Below, in pieces: positions 37,809 through 50,685 of a DNA stretch of 64,000 nt. The position numbers and the translations under genes were made by a program. Position 1 is the first letter of the stretch; the number at the start of each line of letters is the position of its first letter. The stretch comes from the human T2T-CHM13v2.0 reference genome, Homo sapiens: the NCBI RefSeq assembly GCF_009914755.1, contig NC_060934.1. One strand, given 5' to 3'. Below the pieces are notes generated by a model. That model ran no database searches and was not told where the DNA came from. It saw nothing but the letters and a program-made list of their open reading frames with translations.

Positions 37809-39810
37809 CTGTGTGGGAAGAAAAAAAATAGAACTCTTAAGTAATTTAAACACCCATTTTTAGAATCGACCTCCTCTGCAAAACCCCAAAGGCTTACTAG
37901 GTATTATGCAGGTCCTTAGTTGCAGAAAATTAATTTTGAGGTTGGAAATAAGTTTTAAAATATATTCCATTAACATTGTTTTTCTTGACTTGAACTGCTT
38001 TTATTATGCAGTTTTTTTACACTTAAATAATGTGATCTTTTCATACAGAAGTTCCTAATGCATTTTTAAGCTAATTCATAATAAAATTTCTTCATCGATG
38101 CACACATTTTCACAAACTAAAAAATGTCACTCAGAAAAAGTGAATCCAACCAGGATTAAGTCTTTTGGGTCTCCTAAACCAAGGAACCCCTGTAGACAGA
38201 AGCATGCCCAACTTGCATGCAGGAGACCTGCCTTGGCCTTTACTCTTGCAGTAGTTCTCACCCCTTGGCTAAGGGAGAGGAACCATGGTGAAAAGCATGG
38301 CTACAAGCTTCTTACTGGAAAAAATCTATCTTATATATGCATTTTCTAGGACTACCGACACCCACCGAAGAGCTCGGCAAAGAGGAGCATGTGTGTGTTG
38401 GGCGTCTCCTGGGTGCTTGTGTGTGAGAAGAGGCTGGAACGCCCCCGGCAGAACACACCAGGCCTGGCTCAGCCTTGGGCCTGGTTGCTCTGTGTTTAGG
38501 AATCATCCTAGTTAAAAGATTCGCTTTCACCCTTCTTTGGTTTCATTCTGAGGAAGCAGCACCTTCCAGACTGTGAATTCGGTAAGCGCCTGGAGCCTGC
38601 GTTTTATTGTAAGACTCGACGGGTGAACGTGCTGACCCACGTCAGCTGTTGCGTCCCTGGTGTGCCTGTGGTTTCTAGGACCTTGTCTGGCACTGTCGGG
38701 TGTCTTCTGCTTCCAGCCTGCCCCAGAAGTACAGTCTCTGACTTAGGACACCTGTGTGGGCATCAGTGCCCTTCTTGAGCCTCTCCTCTTCCCTCTCTGG
38801 AACAGTCTATGGGCATCTCCCCACTAGGACTTCCTGCCCACCATCCAGACACACAAGCCCTCCCCCTCCACTGGCTGCCTGGCTATGCAGCAGGTACTGG
38901 GGACACCTGGGAATCTTTCCTTTTCTTGGCAGTTGAAGCTTCCTAGTTTGTGCCGAAGAGGGTCTGTCTGGACAGCTGTACTTGCCAGAATTCTGTATCT
39001 GAAGAGGTTATTGCTACATGAGTTTCGTTTGCTGAACTCAGAATATGGTAGTTTTAGGTCCAAATTTTGTGTGTGCTAAGAATTAAATTTATATTATATT
39101 TTTGTGAATTGCTCACAAAAAGGGAGCAATTCAACCTATTTTTATTTTAGCTAAACCAAGTATTCCCCAGAAGAACACTAATGGAATCTAATCATTCTTA
39201 TGGATTTGTCCACATGCTTGTAATTATGAGTGGCTCAACTTGATGTGATTTCAGTAGCACTTAAAGTTCATTAGCTTAGATAGTCTCTGGCTGGAGGAGG
39301 GTTGGAGGGCAGACGCATCCCCCACTGACCAGGAACTCTCACATAGTGAGCATGTGTCTCAGGGACATCCCAACTTCTGTTCCTTCTGCCTTTCCAAAGA
39401 ATGCCTTGGAAATTTTTCTGTTTCAATAGTTTTTTTTGGAAAAAGAATTTTCCTGTTTCAAGAGGTGATTTTGAACTACAGAAAGGCTGAAGACATCTAC
39501 CTACAATTGTATCATGAGGTACATCATAAGCAGTCAGAAATTAGCCACTAGACAAATTCCTTTTCTTTCTGAAGAAAGTCTTCATAACGTGAATTTGCTA
39601 TTTGAAGTGAAATTCCCAAAGTAGACACAACAAAATATAACTAAAATGACCAAATTTATGTCTTAGCATAATGCTCCTTCCATTAATGTAACTGGGAGCT
39701 GGCAGAGTGCTGTTGAAGATAATGCTTTTTGTTTGCCTTTGCAACCTTGGGCAAAAAATACATCAAAACATTCTGTGTCTTTTAAAACAGGGAAACAGTA
39801 AATGGCTTAC

Positions 39811-40254
39811 CTTCTTTGGATTTTCTGCACACCTCTTGACACTCCGCGTTACTCTCTGCACAGATTTGCTCTCCAAAGTGCTTGCTGCAGGCTGGCTTTT
39901 TGTCTTTCTTGATCTCAGGCACATGGAGTCTGAATTTCCTGCTTCTCCTTTCCCTTTCTGATTCTGCATGAGAACCTTCGCACTCTTCTGCCCTCCGCTC
40001 TCCTCTGCCACCTTAGGCTGGGAGCTCTCATTCTGTCTAGCAGACCTCAAGCACCTTTTGTTCTCAGTGACTTTGTCTCTAGGTATGGGTTTCCGGGCTC
40101 CATCATCTGGATTCTGAATGTCCATCTCTGGGGAGGTCTTCATGGGCTTCTTTTCATTTCTGTTTATTTCTATTCTTTCTGCTAATACAAAGACCTCAGT
40201 TATTTGCTGTTCTGCCTCAGTCTTATTTTGGCGTCTGGAGCGCAGGGATATTCC
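39811..40254 (-). CDS. MKI67: MKI67 exon 14 (LR chromatin-binding domain), GISLRSRRQNK...KRCAENPKK
   Basis: tttag| acceptor, |gtaagc donor, 444 nt; repeated Leu-Arg pairs (SLRSRR, CLRSAR, CLRSRK). Confidence 0.96.
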
Positions 40255-41131
40255 CTAAAGAAATGAGAAGACATCCACAAAATTCCAATAATTAGTAAAA
40301 CAAACTTCAAAATTCAACAGGGAGCACAATCAACAGTAACCTAAAAGGAGAAATCATTTGAAAATCACACACTGATGAATTGTCTAAGAGACTTGTCATC
40401 TAGGATAGTCAAGGTAATGCCTTGGTACTTTGCTCCTATGGAGAAATGACTGTCTCTGCTGACAAATTATAAATAAGGAATTCAGGATAAATTTCAATAA
40501 CAATGCCTAATAAGATATATATCAAATCTAATTTTTACAGTTTACATTATAGAAAGAAGGTCCGTTATTCATTCATTTACAGGGAGTAAATGAATTCCTA
40601 TTCCTTTAACCATCACTGCTAAGGCAGAACAGGAAATTGCCATTTCTGGAGTTTCCCCAAACTTCTCTGCATGCAGTGGGAGCCTCTCTATCTAACAGTC
40701 CAGACAGTTTCCCCTTCTCAAGAATACACATTCCTTATTGATATTGTTCTGATAGTTAAAATAGTGACATAGATAGGATTTTTAACCCAGTCCTGGTCTT
40801 GGTGACAGTATCCAGAACATAGAACTGAACCACCCACCTATCCTCTGATCAATTTTTTAAACATTTGAAGATGAACATTACTCATTTGGCTTTTGAGAAA
40901 CTCTTCTAAGTTTGCATTAATCATGTTTGACTAGTTCTTTTCCCATATTAGTCTATTCCCTCTATAGGTCCCAAGAAGATTCTTTACCATGGCCTGCAGT
41001 TATTCAGTGTTAAAGGAAACCCTCTGGGGAAAGGATAACCACTTATAACGTCAGGTTACATGCAAAGTATAACACAGAAATTCACAACTATCCAAGACGA
41101 TATTGAGTGATGCTGTAATACTTCCTCTCAC

Positions 41132-44100
41132 CTTATTTTCAGGGACCGAGTCTTGTAATTTGTGTTCCTCTTTGTTGGTTTTCATGTCGTTGCTGTTCAG
41201 CTCTTCCGCAGGTTCAATTCTTTTTGCAGAAGTCCTCAAACTTCTCTTCATGATGACCACGGGTTCGGATGATTTGCCTCTTGCCCTGGGAGCAACCCTC
41301 TGCTTCTTGCTGGCTGGCAGCTCCTCCACAATTTCCTCTGGTGCTGGCATGCAGCGCAGCCTCTTGGTTCCCGTGACGCTTCCATCTTTGCCACCTCCCC
41401 TCTTGAAGGGCAGTGGGGGCAGGGAAGTGTTGCTTTTGCTTTGTGATTTTACAGGGTCTCTGGTGCTTACCACGTCTCCCACGGGTTCTACTTTAGGGGC
41501 CCGAAGAACTCTTCTGGATATTTTTAGAGGTTTTCCACTGTCAGGTGTTTGCTTTGGAGCGCTTGTAAAGCTATCAGCAGCACCATTTGCCAGTTCCTCA
41601 GTGTGGCCTGGTGTTTGAGAGAGCTCTTGGAAGCTGGCCAGATCTTCCAGGGGTTGGGCCTTTTCCTTAGGTGCTCTTGGCTGTCTCCTGCTGCCAATTA
41701 CATCTTCTGCGTCCAGCTTCCGCTTTGCAGGTTGCTTAAATGCTTTCGTGCCTTTGCCCTCACCTACCGGCTCTTTGTCGGTGTGCGTGGTCTCCCCTGA
41801 GGTTTGTGTGAGCTTGCCAACTGCTAACAGCTCCTCCTTCACTTCTACTTTCTGGGCACGTGTCCTGGGCCGTCTCTTTGAGCTTGTTGCGGTGTCTTCT
41901 AGTTCTGGTGATGATTTGCAGGGTATTTTAGTGGTTTTGTCATCAGTCATTGATTCTTCAGTGTGACCTGCTGCTGGGTCTTTGAAGCCAGCTAGGTCTT
42001 CTATGGCTTGGGCACTTTCCCTGGGTGCTCTTGGCCGTCTCCTGCTGCCAGTTACACTTGCTGCTGGAGCCGGTGTCTGTTTTGCAGATTCCTTCAATGC
42101 TTTGATGCCTTTATCTTCACCTGCTGGTTCTTTGTCTGCATCCGTGGTTTCCCCTGATGTTTGTGTGAACTTGACTGCTGAAGGCTCTTCTTTTACTTGT
42201 ACCTTCTGCACACGTGTCCTGAGATGCCTCTTTGTGCTTGCTGTGGTGTCTACCACTTCTAGTGGGGGAGATTCGCAGGGTATTTTAGTGGCTTTGCCAG
42301 CAGTCAGTGATTCCTGAGTGTGACCTGATGTTTCAGAGAGCTCTGTGAAGCCGGCCAGGTCTTCCAGGGGTTGGGCCTTTTCCTTAGGTGCTCTTGGCCT
42401 TCTCCTGCTGGGTTCCTCTTCTACTGGGTTTGGTTTCTTCTTTGCACGTTGCTTCAATACTTTGATGCCCTCATCACCGCTTGCTGGTTCTTTGTGTGTG
42501 TGTGTGCTTTGCCCTGATGTTTGCGTGAGCCTCTCAACTGCTGAGAGCTCCTCTTTTACTTCTTTCCTGGGACGTGTCTTGGGGCATCTCTTTGTGCTCG
42601 TGGCAGTGTCTGTTAGTTCTGGTGGGGGAGATTTGCAGGGAATTTTTGTGTTTTTGTCAATAGTCATTGACTCTTCAGTGTGACCTGGTGCTGAGAAGAG
42701 CTCTTTGAAGTCAACCAGGTCTTCTAGAGCACGGGCCTTTTCCTTACGAGTTCTCAGCTGCCTCCTGCTACCAGTTACACTTGCTGCTGGGTCCAGGATC
42801 TGCTTTGGAGACTCCTTAAACGCTTTGATGCTCTTACTATCTCCTGTTGGCTCTGTGTGTGTTTGCGTAGTCTCCCCTGATGTCCGTGTGAGCTTGCTGA
42901 CTGCTAGGGGCTCTTCTTTCATGTCCACTTTCACCAGGGGTATCTTGAGCCTTTGCTTGGAGCTTCTTGAGGTTTTGAATGACTCTGGCTGTGGAGATTT
43001 ACAGGATACTTCTGTGATTTTGTCATCAGTCATTGATTCCTCAGTGTGACCTGGTGTCTGGAAGAGTTCTTTGAAGCCAACCAGGTCCTCTAGAGCCTCA
43101 GCCTTTTCCTTAGGAGTCTGTGGCTGTCTCTTGCTGCCAGGTAAATTTCCTAGCAGGTCCAGTTTCTGCACTGGAGTTTCCACAAATGTGTTGATATTTT
43201 TCTCATCACTTACTGCTGGTTTTGGTGTGTCCATGGCTTTGCCTGCTGATGGTGTTCGTTTCCTGAGTGCTAAAAATTCTTCCTCTACGTCTGCTTTCCT
43301 GAGGTTTCTCTTGGGCCGTTGCTTTGTGCTTGCTGGGGTGTCCACTGGGTCTGGTTGTGGAGATTTGCAGGCTATTTTGGTAGTTTTCTCATCAGTCGTG
43401 GGCTTGTCAGTGCCTGGTGTCTGGAAGAGCTCTTTGAAGCCAGCCAGGTCTTCTAGAGCCTGGGCCTTTTCCTTAGGAGTTTGTGGCCATCTTTTGCTGC
43501 CAGGTAAATTTCCTGGCAGGTCCAATTTCTGCACTGGAGTTCCCATAAATGCTTTCATGTCTTTCTCATCACCTCCTGCTGGTTTGGGTGTGTCCATAGC
43601 TTTCCCTACTGATGGTGTTCGTTTCCTGAGTGCTAAGGATTCTTCCTCTACGTCTGCTTTCCTGAGACTTCTCTTGGACTGTGGCTTGAAGATTGTTGGG
43701 GTACCCACTGGGTCTGGTTGTGGAGATCTGCAGGCTATTTTGGTAGTTTTCTCATGAGTCGTGGGCTTGTCAGTGCATATTGGTGTCTGGAAGAGCTCTT
43801 TCAAGCCAGCCAAGTCTTCTAGGGGTTGGGCTTTTCCCTTAGGAGTTCTTGGCTGCCTCTTGCTACCAGTTACACTTGCTGCTGGGTCCAGTTTCTGTTT
43901 TGCAGTTTCCCTGAACACGTTGATGCCTTTATCCTCATCTCCTGGTACTTTGTCTGTGTGTGTGGTCTGTGTGAGCTGCTTCAGGGCTGAGAGCTCTTCC
44001 ACTATATCCCTTTTCCCCAAAGGTGTTTTGGGCCGCCTCCTTGTGCTTGTTGGAGTGTCCATTGATTCTGGTGGTGGAGATTTGCAGGCTGTTTTGGTAG

Positions 44101-47100
44101 TTTTGTCATCAGTTGTTGATTCCTCAGTGTGGTCTGGTGTCTGGAAGAGCTCTTTGAAGCCGGCCAGGTCTTCTAGTGATTGGGCCTCTTCCTTAGGTGT
44201 TCTTGGCCACCTCTCCATCCCAGTTCCATAGTTTGCTGGGTCCAGCATCTGCTTTGCAGATTCCTTAAACGCTTTGATGCTCTTTCCATCTCCTGCTGTC
44301 TCTCTGTGTGTCTGTGTGGTCTTCCCTGACGTCTGTGTGAGCTTGCCGACTGGTAGGACCTCTTCTTTCACACCTACTTTCCCCAAGGATATCTTGAGTC
44401 GTTGCTTGGAGCTTGTTGGGGTTTTGACTGGGTCTGGTTGTGGAGATTTGCAGGATACTTCTGTGATTTTGTCATCGGTCATTGATTCCTCAGTGTGACC
44501 TGGTGTCTGGAAGAGCTCTTTGAAGCCAGCCAGATCTTCTAGAGCCTTGGCCTTTTCTTTAGGAGTTTGTGGCCGTCTCTTGCTGCCAGGTAAATTTCCT
44601 AGCAGGTCCAGTTTCTCCACTGGAGTCCCCACAAATGTGTTGATGTCTTTCTCTTCACCTACTGCTGCTTTAGGCGTGTGCATGGCTTTGCCTGCTGATG
44701 GTGTTAGTTTCCTGAATGCTAAAAATTCTTCCTCTACGTCTGCTTTCTTGAGGCTTCTCTTGGGCCGTTGCTTTGTGTTTGTTGGGGTGTCCGCTGGGTC
44801 TGATTGCGGAGATTTGCAGAGTATTTTTTTGGTAGTTTTCTCATCAGTTGTGGGGTTATCAGTGCATGGTGTCTGGAAAAGCTCTCTGAAGCCAGTCAGT
44901 TCTTCTAGAGCCTGGGCCTTTTCCTTACGAGTTTGTAGCCGTCTATTGCTGCCAGGTAAATTTCCTGGCTGGTCCAGTTTCTGCACTGGAGTTCCCAAAA
45001 ACGTGTTGATGTCTTTCTCTTCACCTACTGCTGGTTTGGGTGTGTGCATGGCTTTGCCTGCTGATGGCGTTTGTTTCCTAAATGCTAAAAATTCTTCTTC
45101 AGTGTCTGCTTTCCTGAGACTTCTCTTGGGCTGTGGCTTGGAGCTTGTTGGGGTGTCCACTAGGTCTGGCTGTGAAGCTCTGTAGGATACTTTGGTAGTT
45201 TTTTCGTTAGTCATTGATTCCTTAGTGTGACTTGGTGTCTGGAAGAGCTCGATGAAGCCGGCCAGGTCTTCAGGGACTTCAGACTTTCCCTTAGGAGTTC
45301 TCAGCTGCCTCTTGCTGCCAGTTAGACTTGCTGCTGAGTCTAAGATCTGCTTTGGAGACTCCATAAATGCTTTCATGCTCTTACCATCTCCTGTTGGCTC
45401 TGTGTGTGTGTGTGTAGTCTCTCCTGATGTCTGTGTGAGCTTGCCAACTGCTAGGAGCTCTTCTTTCACGCCCACTTTCCCCAGGGATGTCTTGAGCCGT
45501 CGCTTGGAGCTTGCTGGGTTTTTGTCTGGGTCTGGTTGTGAAGATTTGCAGGCTACTTTGGCAGTTTTATCGTTAGTCATTGATTCCTCAGTGTGACCTC
45601 GTGTCTGGAAGAGCTCTTTAAAGCCAGCCAGGTCTTCTAGAGCCTGGGCCTTTTCCTTAGGAGTTTGTAGCCGTCTCTTGCTGCCAGTTAAGTTCTCTGT
45701 CAGGTCCAGTTTCTGCACTGGAGTTCCCATAAATGCGTAGATGTTTTTCTCACCACTTACTGCTGGTTTGGGTGTGTGCATGGCTTTGCCTGCTGATGGT
45801 GTTCGTTTCCTGAGTGCGAAGAATTCTTCTTCTACGTCCACTTTCCTGAGACTTCTCTTGGACTGTGGCTTGGAGCTTGTTGGTGTGTCCACTGGGTCTG
45901 GTTGTGATCTGCAGGCTATTTTGGTAGTTTTCTCGTGAGTCGTGGGCTTGTCAGTGCATACTGGTGTCTGGAAGAGCTCTTTCAAGCCAGCCAGGTCTTC
46001 TAGGGGTTGGGCCTTTTCCTTAGTTTTTGGGTGCCTCTTGCTACCAGTTACACTTGCTGCTGGGTCCAGTTTCTGTTTTGCAGTTTCCCTAAACGCGTTG
46101 ATGCTTTTATCCTCACCTCCTGGTACTTTATCTGTGTGTGTGGTTTCCCCTGATGTCTGTGTGAGCTTCTTCAGGGCTGAGAGCTCCTTCTGTACGTCCC
46201 TTTTCTCCAAAGGTGTCTTGGGCTGCCTTCTTGTGCTTGTTGGGGTGTCTGCTGATTCTGGTGGAGAAGATTCGCAGGGCATTTTAGTAGTTTTGCCAGC
46301 AGCCACTGCTTCTTCAGTATGACCAGGGGTCTGGAAGAGCTCTTTAAAGCCAGTCAGGTCTTCCAGAGCCTGGGCCTCTTCCTTAGGAGTTTGTGGCCGT
46401 CTCTTGCTGCCGGTTAAGTTCTCTGTCAGGTCCAGTTTCTGCACTGGAGTTCCCACAAATATGATGATGTCTTTCTCTTCACCTACTGATGGTTTAGGCG
46501 TGTGCATGGCTTTGCCTGCTGATGGCATTAGATTCCTGCACGCTAAGAGTTCTCCCTCTACATCTGCTTTCCTGATACTTCTCTTGGGTCGTTGCTTTGT
46601 GCTTGTTGGGGTGTCCACTGGGTCTGACTGTGGAGAGTCGCAGGGTATTTTAGTGGTTTTACCAGCAGCCACTAATTCCTCGGTGTGACCAGGAGTCTGG
46701 AAGAGCTCTTTAAAGCCAGCCAGGTCTTCTAGAGCCTGGGCCTTTTCCTTAGGAGTCTGTAGCTGTCTTTTGCTGCCAGGTAAAGTTCCTGCCAGGTCCA
46801 GTTTCTGCACTGGAGTTCCCATAAATGCTTTAATGTCTTTCTCATCACCTCCTGCTGGTTTGGGCGTAAGCATGGCTTTCCCTGCTGATGGTGTTAGTTT
46901 CCTGAGTGCTAAGAATTCTTCCTCTACATCTGCTTTCCTGAGACTTCTCTTAGGCCATTGCTTTGTGCTTGTTGGAGTGTCCACTGATTCTGGTGGTGGA
47001 GATTTGCAGGCTATTTTGGTAGTTTTCTCATCAGTCATTGATTCCTCAGAGGGACCTGGTGTCTGGAAGAGCTCTTTGAAGCCAGCCAGGTCTTCTAGTG

Positions 47101-47976
47101 ACTGGGCCTCTTCCTTAGGCGTTCTTGGCCACTTCTTCATTCCAGTTACACGGGCTGCTGGGTCCAGGATCTGCTTTGGAGACTCCTTAAACGTTCTGAT
47201 GCTCTTGCCATCTCCTGCTGGCTCTCTGTGCGTGTGCGTGGTCTCCCCTGACGTCCGTGTGAACTTGCCGACTGCTAGGAGCTCTTCTTTCACACCTACT
47301 TTCCCCAGGGATGCCTTCAACTGTTGTTTTGTGTGTGTTGGGGTGTTTATTGGTTCTGGTTGTAATGACTGGCAGGGCATTTTAGTGATTTTGCCTTTCT
47401 CACTCTTTGGTGCCTTGGCATGATCTTGGGTTTGGAGGAGATTCTGGCCACGTGCCGTGTCTTTCATGAGTTCTGTATCAGGCAAGCTCTTGAGGTCTGT
47501 CAGGTCAGACATTGGTGCACATTTCTGCCCCCAAGTTCTTGATCTCTTCATTGCTTTCATCTTTTCATCGTTTTCTTTTAATTCAATATTTTCCTTATAT
47601 GTCTCAAAAGGTCTTTCTATTTCCTTCATCTCTCCTTCTCTCCTTTGTTGTAGTAGTGTTGCCTTCTGACCTCTTTTTAGGATGCACTCAACAATTTCTG
47701 TATTTGTTTCTTCACTCTTACTTTCCACAGGTAGCTTCTGTATATTCCTGAACTCTGTAGACCTTCCTGACCTGTTTGCAGTGGATACTGTTTTTGAAGG
47801 CTCTGTCTCAGTATCTGAAGTTTTTGTCTCCAGAGAAGTCATTTTGTAGGTGTTCCTGGGCGTTTTTGCTACGTTTCCATTTTCTCTAATACACTGCCGT
47901 CTTAAGGGAGGGCTTGCAGAGCATTTATCAGATGGCTGTTTTGCTGCATTCTGTGCACTGAAGAACACATTTCCTC
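41132..47976 (-). CDS. MKI67: MKI67 exon 13 (6845 nt), Ki-67 repeat domain
   Basis: ttcag| acceptor, AAG|gtgaga donor; lies within the 2314-aa ORF; 16 copies of the TPKEKAQALEDLAGFKELFQTP-like motif. Confidence 0.98.
41600..47395 (-). repeat. 16 tandem ~366-bp (~122-aa) Ki-67 repeats
   Basis: Counted 16 Ki-67 motifs in the translation; 9 contain exact FKELF (repeats 1,2,3,5,8,9,11,12,13). Confidence 0.95.
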
Positions 47977-48930
47977 CTGAAATAAAAACATACACAATAA
48001 AAACATTCTATTAGTGTCTCATGTCAATCAAGTATTACAGCCTCATAAAATATGGTAAAAAACTAAATATTTAGCTTCGTATTCACTGAACGACATGAGG
48101 CTACTTATGTGTCTATAAATCTGTCTTATAAGAGCCATGCACAATTAAGAATAATGTTATTTGGTGCTATAGTGGGGTCATCATTAAGCAAAGTTAGATG
48201 CTGAAATGATCATAGAAGGTAAAAATACTGCTTCAGAAGGTTCCTCCAAAGGTTGCCATGCCCTGTGTCATTGACGTAAATATAGGCATTTTTTCCTTCA
48301 AACATTAGAAACAAACAGCTGTTTCTTGCCTTAAATCGCCAATAAAATAACATGGATTATCCTTATGTGGTTAGGGTCCATATTACACAGGAAATATTTA
48401 CCTACCGCAAACATCTTCAGGGTAGCAAGCTGTTCCCTCTGTGACAGGAATACAGTGACCAGTGCCAAATGAGAGATTAGACAGATTCTCATCTCCCATC
48501 TCACACTTACCCCGGGCCTGCTCCCACCTAAAAGGTTAGCAGGAATAATTGCACAGTATACAAACTGTTATCTTTCTGTTTTGTAATTGGCAGTAATTTT
48601 GAATATGAGTAATTTATATGTAAATATGGTGAGACACCATTGTATTTTTTTGCTATGTCACCCTGGTTACTTACAATAAAGAAGCCAAAAGTGTACACAG
48701 GTCATTTACACACATTAACGGAGTCTTTCTTTCTATATAAGTCAATGAATGCCAATGTTAGTTCAACTGCTGATTGAAATCTCCCTTTCAATTAGAACAG
48801 AGAAGACGGAAATGGTATTTTGTGCCAGGAACATTTGTTTTAGAGAAGTAATATCATACTGCTTGTAAAAAAATAATACTGTATGTTCCTATCCCAAAAC
48901 ATCACAGTGTTAGGAAACAAGGAAACCAAC

Positions 48931-49086
48931 CAAAACTCTCTGAGGTGGGGAGCAGAGGTTCTTCTCCTGAATCAGTTCCTTGAAACTGTTTTCCAAGCAA
49001 ATTCTCTGAATTTGAAATAGCGATGTGACATGTGCTTGTCAACTGCGGTTGCTCCTTCACTGGGGTCTTGAACATTTCAGCTATTC
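48931..49086 (-). CDS. MKI67: MKI67 exon 12, (G)IAEMFKTPVKEQ...LPTSESF(G)
   Basis: acag| acceptor, G|gttggt donor, 156 nt. Confidence 0.94.
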
Positions 49087-49617
49087 CTGTTAAATGAAAA
49101 TATTTGAAAAGTGATTGACATATTGCTAACATGCAGACAACCATCCCAGCCCTCACATGTAACGTGCAAATGGTGGGAAATAACAGTAGATTCCTCCCTT
49201 GAAATCCTGGTACATAGGCCTCATAAAAAGAGTGATTCCATTAATAATGTACTCATTTTGTAAAAAAGAGAGCACAGAGAAGATATGTTATGCTCTTCGC
49301 TTTGCTTTTCTTGGAAAGGAAACAAATGAAGTTAGCTGACCTCTGGGTCCTCCTAACAAGACCCCACACGTGAGCTCTGGAGCACGGAGGCTGGTGACGG
49401 GCTCCTGAGACCCATAGGCCTCCCTGCTAGGATCTAGAGGCCAAATGCCTTCATGCTTCTCAAAGTCTTGGGTGCTCAGTTCTAGATTTTAAGTACAAAT
49501 AACACGTACCCACATTTTAGAAAATGACAAAGAGCTGCCCATTTTTAGTACTGTCAAGTAATAATATATATTTTTGAAAATCTAATATCATTATCATTCT
49601 GTTTGGAATGATAGGAG

Positions 49618-49669
49618 GCCTCAGCCTCCCAAAGTGTTGGGATTACAGGCGTGAGCCACTGCGCCGGCC
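49618..49669 (-). mobile_element. Isolated ~52-bp Alu 5'-end fragment in MKI67 intron 11
   Basis: GCCTCAGCCTCCCAAAGTGTTGGGATTACAGGCGTGAGCCACTGCGCCGGCC with no remaining Alu body. Confidence 0.88.
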
Positions 49670-50197
49670 ATCCCCACTTTAAATTACACAAGTCAGGCCA
49701 CAATTTACTGAGAGTGGGAATTGAATGGAAATATTTCTTCAACAATCGTTTATGGGAATCTTCTCATAGGGCTTTCTTTCAAGAAAGTTAAGCTACCTAG
49801 AAAGTCAATCCTGAAGAAGCAAAATGTTGCTCAACAACAACTGGCCCACACCTGGGATAAACTATTATTGTACCTGCAGATTAACAAGTTAACTCTCTTC
49901 ACTGTAAAGCACCTTCCAGCTTTCTATGTATACGCTGCTCTCCAGGGTAAAGACATGCATTTGACATTTCCACACCTATTTCATGCAGGACATGTGATCC
50001 CAAAAATTAGCAGAGACTTGTCTTTGCAAGCCAAAACAGCTTTATCTTCCCTGAACACTAAGACCCCAGAAGGGTGATTGAGTCGTTTATTTTATAATCT
50101 CTTTCACAGCAGATAAACAAAGTTAGCAAAACAAACATTAACACAGTAAAAAACAGTAGAGTCAAAAGATTTATAAGATCTAAGACTACGTTTTTAC

Positions 50198-50369
50198 CTG
50201 AAAGATCTTCCTTAAAGTCCATTTTTTGGTTGGAAATGAAGTTGTTGAGCACTCTGTAGGGTCGAGCAGGCACATGTACTTTTTCAGTATGAGCTTTCCC
50301 TATTATTATGGTACAAGGAGAGTTTGCGTGGCCTGTACTAAATTGACTGTGAACTTCGCCCACAGGCTT
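50198..50369 (-). CDS. MKI67: MKI67 exon 11, KPVGEVHSQFSTGHANSPCTIIIGKA...FKEDLS(G)
   Basis: ctacag| acceptor, G|gtaaaa donor, 172 nt. Confidence 0.94.
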
Positions 50370-50479
50370 CTGTAGAAAACAGGAAGGAGGTAAACAGGAC
50401 ATTAAAGCATAAATCCACACTGAATGCAAGCTTCGATGACACCGGTATGTGTAAAGCAGCCATTCAGTGAGGCCCCTAC

Positions 50480-50598
50480 CTTTGGAGTAGCAGGTCTTCT
50501 TTGCCTTTTGTTCATTGACCTTTGAGGACCATGTTTTATGACTTTAGTTTGTGTTTGTTTTGCACCAAGTTTTACTACATCTGCCCATGATTTTGCAA
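50480..50598 (-). CDS. MKI67: MKI67 exon 10, (V)AKSWADVVKLG...RRPATPK
   Basis: gacag| acceptor, |gtaggg donor, 119 nt; conserved KSWADVVK motif. Confidence 0.95.
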
Positions 50599-50685
50599 CT
50601 GTCAAAGGGAAAAGACGAAACTTTTCAAAAATTAGCATTCATGAAAAAATTCACCTTAATATATGTATTCTAATGTCAGACTAAC

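Noticed and set aside
41600-47395. Regular conserved motif with variable spacers, superficially CRISPR-like
   Set aside because: In-frame protein-coding repeats in a human exon; the 'spacers' are homologous to each other and there are no cas genes.
41103-47751. Series of similar plus-strand ORFs (MKPARSS..., MLPGK...) resembling a gene array
   Set aside because: Antisense shadows of the Ki-67 repeats; their periodicity mirrors the 366-bp unit.
41051-47995. 2314-aa ORF as a stand-alone single-exon gene
   Set aside because: Its ends (MYVFIS, VRGSITAS...) are intronic read-through beyond the splice sites at 47976 and 41132; it is MKI67 exon 13.
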